A stretch of DNA of 64,000 bases. Source: Octopus vulgaris. Taxonomy: Eukaryota. Positions 53,426 to 64,000 of the stretch are shown here, in pieces (position 1 is the stretch's first letter; each line of letters begins with the position of its first letter). Below the pieces are notes generated by a model, which did no database searches, was not told the origin of the DNA, and saw only the letters and a list, made by a program, of their open reading frames with translations. The DNA lies in NCBI GenBank assembly GCA_951406725.2, contig OX597822.1:49228001-49292000 (forward strand). The letters are read 5' to 3'. The position numbers and the translations under genes are program-made.

Positions 53426-53834
53426 ATTTCTCTCTCTTTCTGTTTGCTTCTTTCTTTCTCTCTCATCCTCTCGTTCTCTGTATGCTTGTTTCTTTCTTTC
53501 TCTCTCACCCTCTCTCACTCTCTCTTCATGCCCCACGCCTATTTTACAGGTTTCGGTGATCATAGCCATTCATGCCAATGTCTGAAGTTCCTTGATTTTT
53601 CTTAGAAAATATGCAGCAGAGATTACTCCGTTGCCAGTCTATTTACGGTTTGCTCTGCTAGTCCCTATTTTTGTGAGTATATCCTCGAAGTGCAGTGCTT
53701 GTTTAAAAAAAAAAGCAGTGTGAATGAGTCATATAACATCAGCGTAGGCCCACGCACCTGCGAATCTAAGTGACATGTCTAGCGGGACATCAGTCCTCCG
53801 AGTTCTGTATGCTATTTATTATATGACACATAAC

Positions 53835-54067
53835 GAAGGCAGCGAGCTGGCAGAATCGTTAGCACGCCGGGCGAAATGCGTAGCCGTATTTCGTCTGCCG
53901 TTACGTTCTGCGTTCAAATTCCGCCGAGGTCAACTTTGCCTATCATCATTTCGGGGTCGATAAATAAAGTACCGGTTACGCACTGGGGTCGATGTAATCG
54001 ACTTAATCCCTTTGTCTGTCTTTCTTTGTCCCCTCTACGTTTAGCCCCTTGTGAGCAATAAAGAAAT
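53835..54067 (+). mobile_element. tRNA-derived SINE family B with target-site duplication
   Basis: Head GGCAGCGAGCTGGCAGAATCG, B box GTTCAAATTCC, core GCCTATCATCATTTCGGGGTCGATAAA (Meta/MESC-like). TSD ATATGACACATAAC at 53821 and 54068. Confidence 0.92.
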
Positions 54068-55264
54068 ATATGACACATAACCTGACTTGTTGACGTTTAC
54101 TCCCTAATCCCTTGAACCCTCAACTCCCGAAATGGAGCCGCAGTTTAATATTCTGCTCAGGATCATCCTTCGCATTATTCTTTCCAGTGTTTTCATTCCT
54201 GTTACACTTTCCCCTAGTTAACTGATAATTATTTTGACTTAACAACTGAAAATTGAGTAAGAGGAAAGAAAGAACAAAAAAAAAGAGAGAGGTGGAAATT
54301 ACAAAGATTGAAATTACAAAACAAGAATTGAAAAGAATTCGCGAAAATTCATGATGAAGAAGATTTGAAAAAAATCAAATGAAATAAATCACAGCAAGAA
54401 AATTAATGTTTATAAGGGTTTAGTTGAATAAATAACAGAGAACGTTTAATTTCGTTTATATTTTTAATTGATCATATTTAAACGACGCCATTTTTAGATT
54501 ATATATATTTTTTCTTTAGCGCTGTTACGAGGTTTGAAGATTGGCAATTAATTTGGAAGCAGTCGAAAACAGATGACGATAATGTCTTGCATAATTTCAG
54601 AATCTTAAATGATTTTTCTTCTGCTTCTGTTCAAATACTCGAGGAAAACAACAACAACAAAAAGTCTATATTCATATTTTGTTTAAATTATAAGAAATGT
54701 TTTCCATGAAACTGGAGACGGGTGAGTTTATATAACCTGCGTGGAGGAACACCGATAAATTACAGAAGACCACGCATCAAACAACAACAGCAACAGCACA
54801 TACTCACACAAATAGAAATCCCCTCTCGCCCCCGGTTCCTGAAAAAGACATACGAGTTAGCTGACATATTAATTATTTGTCAATAAAAAGATTTCGTTTG
54901 TTGAGATATAATGCAGCATTATTTTCAATATCGTGATGTGTTGATCAATTATTTTTGTTGTTACTGTTGTTTAGCCCCAGGTCAGCGGTGACTAGCACTA
55001 CTTTGGCCAATGTGTCCATATTTTATTTTTAGATGATAGATTGTGATTTTAGGGGGTTTACCTGCCATTTCTGGTAGGCTTAGAGTATTCTATCTTCGCG
55101 AACACTCAGATAAATAATTGATATTGGTGTAAAACTACAAATTCGTATGGGGTGAGTATATAGTCAATTAAAAGTCTACCACAGTATAACACTGGTACTT
55201 ATTTTAACGATACACTATTTATATATATGATATGATATATCTATCATATAATATAATATGATAT

Positions 55265-55460
55265 AGGGCTCCCTTCGGTCATGAATGACCATACAATTGT
55301 GCCTAGAGAGTTCCCCTCAGAAGTAGAAGTCCGGGCAAAGTTTCTCTTATGTAAGACCAGCAGTCACCCATGCATACCAACCTCCCCTCTTCACACCGCC
55401 GATGTTATCCAAGGAAAAGGAAGAGGCGGATACAGCTTGGCACCAGTAACGTCGCAAATA
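55265..55460 (-). mobile_element. Probable RTE-related 5' UTR or SINE fragment
   Basis: GC-rich island whose reverse complement (GCGACGTTACTGGTGCCAAGCTGTATC...TTGGATAACATCGG) resembles RTE-associated sequence as I recall it; not verified. Confidence 0.4.
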
Positions 55461-55728
55461 TGATAATATATATATATACATATATATATATGCTCATACT
55501 TCCGGTCATTTCATCATGTTCAACCATTAATCTCAACACATTTTCCCTCTCATTCCTTTTTGGCGAAGAGTGTAGACACGAACTGTCAAAAACTTTACTT
55601 GCTTGTTGTCCCCTCACCTGTCTTTGTCTTTTGCTTTTTTTACAGTTGAACCATACACACACGCACACATACACATACATATATATATGACTCTCTGTGT
55701 GTGTGTGTGCGTATAGATAAAACTTCTA

Positions 55729-55770
55729 GTTTGACTTTCAAGTTTCGGCTTGTTCGCTATCGTCAGACTC
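55729..55770 (-). ncRNA. Degenerate hammerhead ribozyme motif
   Basis: GAGU-CUGACGA-UAGCGAACAAGCC-GAAA-CUUGAAAG-UC. Core intact, stems I and II eroded. Confidence 0.55.
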
Positions 55771-56539
55771 ACTTATTTTCATTCTATTTGGCTTTATGTC
55801 GTCTTTAGCAAGAATATTTTGGGATATAGTGCCATGTGATATGATAATTAGGTGTCTAGTAGGTAGATTGGTGAAGTAGTTGTTTAGGAAGCAGAGGATA
55901 GAGGAGGACAGGAGGTAAGTATGTGTTTGTAGGGCGTGGGAGAGGAGTTTCTATTTGGTTTGACGTAGGAAAATTGCTATTGTTTAGAGTTCAGTCAAGC
56001 GTGGAGGTAACTCTGTAAACAGAGTTGTTAAGTTCAGGCCACGATATTCTTTGATCAGAATGTTGATGTTTTTGTTGTGTTTTAAGGTTCACATAGGAAT
56101 ATTAGTTGACGAGATTGCTCGGTTCCAAGCATATATCAAAATGAGGTTGGATTAGTTTTGGTCCTGCGAGATTTATATTAATAAATGATTGTAGCAAAGT
56201 TTATTGGGAAGGTAAGGATTGGTGAGACTATGTTACTTTAAATATTTACTAAGGGTTTTCTAGTCTGTTTCAAACGTGGTTATTCGTAATTTTATTATTG
56301 TAGAGAAATGCATTCACGTTATTCTATGATGTTATTTATGCATCCAGATGAATGTATAAAGATAATACATTTTTTCGATATGTGTTTCGATCTATAGGCT
56401 GTATTAATTTATGTCTAAGTAATTTATAAGCATTGCAATCCATGAATGTACAAATGTATATGCCCATATACATACACGGTAATATCAATAAATACGAGCA
56501 CATTTCCCTTATTTATAAGAAACCATTAGAGTCATGTTA

Positions 56540-57540
56540 TCAGGTCATCCCATAAGTTCTGTCCGATTTTACCTGCTTTAAAACTGAATGAAATTTAATA
56601 ATATTTTAAAATGTCTAATGGAATTAAAAATAAATTTCATGCTTTTGCGTACATTTAAACTAATTAAATATTATTTTATAGAATAATAGAATTAAAATTT
56701 CTTTGATTAAAACCCTTTCTAACATGGAAGTATCCAAAGAGCATTTGAGGCAAAATGATTTATGAGTACAAAAAAAAACAAAAAAAACTCTGCAGCCGAA
56801 GCGACTCTCTCTCAGTTTATGGGAAAGAATGCTTAAATGAAAGAACTTGCAGAATATGGTTTGCAAAATTCAAAAGTGGAGATTTCAGCCTTGAAGATGT
56901 AGATCGAACAGGAAGTCCAGTTGAGTTTGGTGATAAGCTCCTTGAGACATTACTTGAAGAAAATCCTGCATTATCAGTTGAAGAATTGGCAATAAAGCTT
57001 AGTTCAAACCATACAACAGTTCATCGTCATCTTCAACAGCTAGGAAAGGTTCCTAAACTTGGAAAATGGGTGCCTCATGAATTGTCCGAAAGCAACCGCA
57101 AGTCCCAAGTTGACATCTGCTCTTCTCTCCATTAACGCGAACTCATTTCACCCTTTTCGTTAGACTTGTGACTGGTGACGAAAAACGGATCTTCTATCGA
57201 AATGTTAAACGTCGTAAACAGTGGCTTGGTAAAAGGGAAAAACCACAACCGAGAAGGGAACTTCATGGGAAAATGGTTCTTCTCTCTATCTGGTGGGATT
57301 CCAAAGGAGTAATTCACTTTGAATTGTTAACACCTAATGCAACAATCAATGCTCAAGTCTACTGTCAGCAACTAGAGTTTCTGAACCAAGCTTTGAAGAA
57401 AAAAAAGACCCGCTTTAGTGAATCGAAAAGGTGTGATGTTTCATCTGGACAATGCGCGACCCCCACACTGCAAAGATCACATCACAGAAGATCGAAGAGC
57501 TTGGTTGGGAAAAAAATTCCTCATCCACCTTATTTTTCTT
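56540..57540 (+). mobile_element. Mariner transposon, 3'-truncated, inactivated
   Basis: Left end TCAGGTCATCCCATAAG. Motifs WFAKFKSGDF, WVPHEL, TGDEKRIFY, HLDNARP and HPPY; cut off by a SINE. Confidence 0.92.
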
Positions 57541-60140
57541 AGGTTGAGATTTTAACATTTCATGCGATCACACGAGTATAGAAACTGGTACTTAATTTAT
57601 CGACCTCGAAAGGATGAAAGGCAAAGTCGACCTCAGCGGAATTTGAACTCAGAACGTAAAGACAGACGAAATACCGTTAAGCATTTCGCCCTGCGCGCTA
57701 ACGTTTTTGCCAAGTTTTTTTTTTATCAAAACTACTTTTAGAAGAAAATTTATGTATCATAATCTCAATGGCTGATAGATACACATAGGGAAGACGGTAG
57801 AGGCCAATCAATATCAACTAGAAAGAATATCGTGTTTTACTGTATGGTAAGTGATCGAAATCGAAATCAAAAGCTAAGAGATGACATTCACTGAAGAGTG
57901 TTTCTCCCGATAATTCAAGCAATTCGTACTGAATTTCCCTCCTTTATTATTCTCTAATATAAAACACGCCATCTATTTCTGATAGCCGCGGTAGAAACAA
58001 AAAGAAAAAGAACTGTTTTGGAGAAAATGAGTTATTATTATATAAATCTAATGCCCTTCTTCAGTGTTATTTGTGACGTAACTGAAATAAAGCATCTATA
58101 AAAGGAGAGTGAAATTAGGTTATGAACTTTTATGTTGTGCTATTTGCACTGTTCACAAAATGTACACAGCCCGTCTCTCAACATTACTTATTTACGACAA
58201 AGGAGATCGGATCAGCTGAAGTTATATTTTTACCCATCAAAGAGTGTATGAAGGTATAAGAACTGCCAAACTGCTCGATCGCTGCTTGCTGGCTGTCTTG
58301 TTGACTCAATTATGACTTATAGAAGGAAGAATCAGAAGTCATTCCTAATACTTCCGTTTATTATTGCACAAAGTTTCATAAAGCATATCACTTAGAGGAG
58401 AAAAGGATTACCTCATATCTATTTTAAGGGCCTGTGAGACCAAGAACTTGGGCCGAATGTTTTCAACAGAAAATATTCCACTTAAGACACCTAAGAACCA
58501 AGATGTGGTGTTTAAACAGGTCGATGGATTAAATCCACTACACGAAAATAGGATCATCTACTCTGACGGAATTCCAACCAGTTTACATCTACAAAATTCC
58601 ATTCTAGGTCGATCCGAACATGTAGTTGGAGGCCCTTTCCCAAAGTATCACATTGTAAGATCGTACCCGAACTATGCAGTTGTGAAATGAATTTCTTATC
58701 CATACGGCCATACTCGGTAAGAAAGTTTATAGCAGTTTTGTTAAGTAGAAAATCTATGCATTGTTATAGAATGAGTTTTAATATTTTTACTAAATGCCTC
58801 GGTTATCTGTATACAAGTTTCATTTCAGGTTGCACTATCTCACGTTACAATTGCCTCAGACAAATGCCCAATCATTACATAGTCAACTCGAATCTCTGTG
58901 ACCACGCAATAAATTTTTGATTTTCTCTTGAAAGATTGATGTTTTTTTTCAGAGTTCTTCTTTGAAATTTATGCCAGTAGCTTAATATTTTCTAAATATT
59001 TTCTAAATCTTATTCTTTTACTGGTTACGCATAGTAGATACTGCCAAGAAACCACTTCGCATGAACAATCTTTTTCATTCAATTTTAAAAGAAGCTAAGA
59101 AAACCCTCAAGTTTGTGTTTTATACCATTGTATACCAAATCGCTATATGAACTTGTCTGTGAAAATTCTATCATCTCTGATCTGGGATGTAAATATCATT
59201 ATAATGTATGTCAATAATGAATTTAAAATTCTATCTCGTATAAATATTAGTAGACGAGAAGGAACAAACGAACAGACAATCTAATTCAGTACTAGAGTAA
59301 CGTCTCCTTTAATGAAGATAAGTCGATTGGAATAATGATTTATTTTCAAATTAATTAATTTGACGATAAAGCGGTGCATCTGTAGTATCGAAGCGAACTA
59401 GTGAAAAGCTACGTGGCCACATTACGAAAATGTTAAGCTTTTATATGTGTGAAGTTATTTAATAAGCCGTAAACACGTTTTATTATGTTTATCCCACACA
59501 AGTTAATTAAGATATGATTGTGTTGGTATGAGAAAGTTCTGTTTCTAATATTGGTGTCTTCGAATCTACAGTAATTCTCTCTTTTATAAAAGACTGGGTT
59601 ATACAATGAAATATGAATTGATCAGTGTGTATTTAATTAAAAACACATTCAATTAAAAAGTATTGTATCAGAGTTATTAAAGTGTACGTTCTGTTGGCCC
59701 AAGATTCGTTATTTCATATCCCATCAACATTACTTGGCTATGCCCTTCGTAAAGATTGCCCAATATTTACATCAATAAAATTCATATTAAATCAATGCAC
59801 CAATTAATGTTTAATTAATTCGTGTTTTGTTATCTTGTAGTATTGGGAAATAAAACCAAGATTGACCATGTGATAGAATATTTCTTGAAGTAGAGCAGAA
59901 ATATATTTCAACTGCCAGCTGTTTTGGAAGCTAATTTAAGCTTTAATAATGTGATCTGCAGAATTTATAGCAACTCTAGTTGATGAAGAAAGAAACACAT
60001 TATTTACTTGATAACACAATAAGTTAACGGATTTCATTGGCAAATAAGTCCGATAAATTCAACAAAAGGGCGAGGTTGTGAATTAAGACGTATACAAGAT
60101 ATTGTTATAAGATAATACTATCATATACCTCTTAGCTATA

Positions 60141-60284
<144 letters not shown>

Positions 60285-60639
60285 TTCTATATTATATATA
60301 ATGTATATGGTATATAATAGTAGGATTATAATAATATATAAGAAATTGTAAGTGATATACTTACTCTCTTTGCCTTTTCGTATTCGTGTTCTACATCTGT
60401 ACCGAAGAAATATCTATGTTCCGCTGTAACATTGGGAAAGTAGAAAGAATCTTTGCAAACACATCGGTAGGAACCTCTTCGAAAACCGAGTCCTCTGATG
60501 GGAATACACTAGGCAGAATAGAAAAAAAGTCACTATAAGACATACACCGTAACTTTAGGATATTACATAAACATGAGTAGGTAAAAAATTAAACGCACTC
60601 TTCCTTATGCAATTTAATAAAAAAAAAAAGTAAAACAAA

Positions 60640-61425
60640 AAAGCAGTAGTTCAACAATTACACAGTTTTTCGATTCACTCTCCTTACTTTTCGATACATT
60701 TCTTTTAGTGGTCCACAAGCTTGCTTATTCCATTGGAGAAGGTTTTTCGGCAGGTTGCGCATCCATTTATTCAGCGCTTCCTGTGCTTCTTCGTCCGTAG
60801 CAAATCAACCACCGTGTAAAGGATGTTTGGGCGCTGTCCAAAGAGGGTGAAAGCGGAAGGAGCGAGATCTGGACGGACTTTATGCAGGGCAATTCAGCAA
60901 CTCGAAACCCAGTTTTTTCAGTAGTTTCAACGGTGTGGGCGACTGCATGTGAGAATGCATTGTCCTGCAACAAAAGTTGTTTTAACAATAGACCTCGGCG
61001 TTTGGTGCAAATTGATGGTTTCAGTTTGTTGCTCAGCATTTCACTGTAGCCTACTCTGGTGATTGAATTTAAATTCTCGCTGGAGTTTCCGGGTGTTTCC
61101 ACTCCATACTCTGTTTTTTGAATTCTGGTTCGAAGTGATGGACCCAGATTTAATTTCCTGTGACTACTCTCTTCTAAAACGCTTCGCCTTCATCGTTGTA
61201 GTGGTCGGGTAAGCGGTGTCTTGGCACCACTATCGATCTCGCAAAGACTTTACGGAAGCAAAGCTTGCCGTGGATGATTTCTAATCGACTAGTTTTCAGA
61301 GAACATGCCACTTCATCGTTGGCCACTCGCCGATTCGCCAGAAACATCACTCGAACTTGTTGAATTTTCATGTCAGTGATGGTAGTTGATGGATGTCCTG
61401 CTCCCTCTTTGTGCTTTAGGCTTGT
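60640..61425 (-). mobile_element. Mariner transposase remnant
   Basis: RKVFAR, W.HHFEPE..K.SMEWKHP, LLLQDNA.SH and SPDLAPS-like segments across broken frames. Confidence 0.8.
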
Positions 61426-62001
61426 GTTCCAGACATGCTATATCTGAAAAAAATAGACGGGATGGTCGAAGGTCATGCCTGGAACGTCCTTGCGTAAAGC
61501 CTGCTCGATCAAATGTAACTGAAGGTAAGCAACAACAATAAGAATAATTTCTACTGATATATATATAACACGAATGTCACAAAATGTTCTTTTATAATAC
61601 TATTCTATAAATGAATTTCTACATACGAATTCTCTCTTCCGAAGAAGGCAATTATAAAAAATAATACAAACTCAAAACAATACAAAACATATAATGTTCT
61701 TATATAATATCTTCTTTTATAAGAACTTGATATAAAATTTGCTTAGCGAGTGAGGTGGGGTTGGTGAACACGAGTTTCTCAATTTCATTAACTTTCAGTA
61801 GAAACTACTATAGTCGTTGGCGTGTGAAGTAATTCCAATTTTGAATAGAAACTCACTCGCAGTTTTGTGTCATCGTCAACATTTCACACTCTATAGTGTC
61901 TAAAGCTGAAATAGAAAATATATATTTTATGATTTAAGCAGAAATACTTCTAGGAAAGGCTCTGCTTCATTCTCTCTACCATTTTCTCTCTCCCACCCCT
62001 T

Positions 62002-62076
<75 letters not shown>

Positions 62077-62204
62077 TAGAAGGTTTGGAGATGATGTACA
62101 GGTATTATATATTAGAAGAAATGAGGTACTCAGAAATCTGGATGGTTTTATATTTACAGATATTTATTAGTATGTTACATGTTTTTATAAATCATATATC
62201 ATAT

Positions 62205-62245
62205 ATATAGCGCTTTCGTCAACTCTAGTGGATTTTTCAAACTGA
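62205..62245 (-). ncRNA. Degenerate hammerhead ribozyme motif in a PLE-like terminal repeat
   Basis: UUGAAAA-AUCCAC-UAGA-GUUGAC-GAAA-GCGC-UA. Palindromic stem III AGCGCU, mutated CUGANGA box. Confidence 0.45.
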
Positions 62246-63829
62246 ACTTTTGCATTAATTTTGACTCTTTTTATAGTATTATTGAGTGTGTAGTGGTGGG
62301 AAGAGATAAAAGATAATACAAGAGGGTGAGGAATGGGGAGAAAGTGAGAGACCGTGTGTGTGCATGTGTGTGTGTTTTTGTATCTGAAACTAGTGTTAAA
62401 GAAAAAGAAGGAAAGGAAGAAGAAGGAGAGAAAGAAGAAAAAATTGTTGATATCTTTGCACCTGGTCAGTCTGTCAATAATAAGCGATTCTTGGCTTTTA
62501 GCAATGGCAAACCCAGTTGGTCACTCCAAGTGGGACAAAATCTCACTTTTCAAAAAATTGTCTGGATTTTTTCTTCTTTCTCTCCTTCTCCTTCCTTTCT
62601 TTCTTTTTCGTTAACACCCCTTTCAGTCTAAGCTTAGATCATTTGACTCCTTTGTAAGAAATCTAGCCAATGTGTACGACAACAAAGACAAAAATCGGAG
62701 AACATGATACACAATTACGAATACAGACAACAAGAAATAACAACAGGTGTCTTTCGATTGGGAACGAATCAAATTGAGAACGATTTTAAAGCTTCATTTA
62801 GAACTCGTTGCTATAATACGATTTAGTAAGTCTGGTTAGTTATGCTTAAAATAATGTAGTGGTTCGCCAATCAGCAAATTTGTAAATTTGCACGTGAAAT
62901 TCTATATGTTTAATAATGTTTTTACGCAAACCTTCTCCGCCTTTTTTCGTCACTGGTTGATTCGGTTTCACTTTATTAAAGACTGTCATATCGAATTTCT
63001 ATCATTCTGCGAACAACTTTCGAAAAAGCGCCTTTCATTACTATGAAACGAAAAACATTTTTCCCTTAAAGAAATATATTATCAAGGGCCACACTTTATC
63101 AAAATTTTATTTCAAGATAGAAATAAAAAGAAAATAAAGACAGTTTTCAAATACTTTTTAATTTCCCATAAAATTCCTCCGTAAATCACTGCAATACCCC
63201 AAATATATATAACAGTTGATAAATAAAATTCTGAAACTCTTTTAGTATAGTTTATGCAGAAAAGTCCGGACAACGCAAAGAAGAACGGCTTTAATTAAAA
63301 AGTTTTTGCTCAAACACAACAGGACAACGTTATAGAAGACGAAAGTGAAACCTTATCATTGGCTGGGTGGGATGGTAGCATAATTTTCATTCTAAAGTGC
63401 TTGTCTAAAGTTTGGAATGTTAACTGCAATTTGACTTATGTGGAAATAAAGTGATGAGCAAGGATCGAAGTTTAGAGGCGTCTGCTACTCTAAGGTTTAC
63501 GGTGGTATGGTACTGATGTGTTGATAAGGAACCTCACTGTACATACATACATACTTGCATATATATAGTCTTAGTATATACACATATATATCCACATATG
63601 TATGCATATATACATACATACGTACATACATATATTGTGAATACAATGAACAACCCATTATAAAAGATGAAAAAAATAACACATGTGGGACACGGTGTGA
63701 CTTGTGCATGTGTAAAAATGCATAAATACTTACATGCATATATCTATATATATATATATGTGTGTGTGTGTGTATGAGAACCCAATAAGGTTCAAAAATT
63801 GATTATGGTTTTCTCAGTCTTCTCTTCTC

Positions 63830-64000
63830 TTCTACTTGTTTCAGTCATTTGACTGCGGCCATGCTGGAGCACCGCCTTTAATCGAGCAAACTCGACCCTG
63901 GGACTTATTCTTTGTAAGCCCAGTACTTATTCTATCGGTCTCTTTTGCCGAACCGCTAAGTGACGAGGACATAAACACACCAGCATCGGTTGTCAAGCAA
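63830..64000 (-). mobile_element. SINE family A 3' part, running off the window
   Basis: Nearly identical to 45-215. Confidence 0.9.

Noticed and set aside
59820-59865. Possible GFYFP upstream GPCR exon (minus strand)
   Set aside because: It translates as GFISQ or VLFP followed by stops, with no Cys-rich context or splice support.

Overview
This is AT-rich, microsatellite-dense animal DNA. The SINE families and repeat landscape look like an octopus (coleoid cephalopod) genome, which is an inference. The only host gene I can support is a minus-strand class C GPCR of the GPR158/179 / Drosophila CG31760 type. Four internal exons (42677-42871, 37087-37155, 25797-25906, 19846-19991) have canonical AG/GT sites and matching phases and splice into one frame covering the end of the Cys-rich ectodomain and TM1-TM4. 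The other exons were not found and probably lie outside the window, so most of the window is likely intronic. It is filled with tRNA-derived SINEs (three families), decayed mariner transposons, Penelope-like element (PLE) RT and GIY-YIG fragments, a cluster of R4/Dong-type RLE LINE fragments in (AAT)n tracts, a Tx1/L1-like LINE, an RTE fragment, Helitron-like and MITE-like elements. The main unannotated signal is a dispersed set of about ten minimal type I hammerhead ribozyme motifs. Two of them have an intact core and sit at the outer ends of a ~780-bp fold-back (24110-24887) in a GPCR intron, one on each strand.
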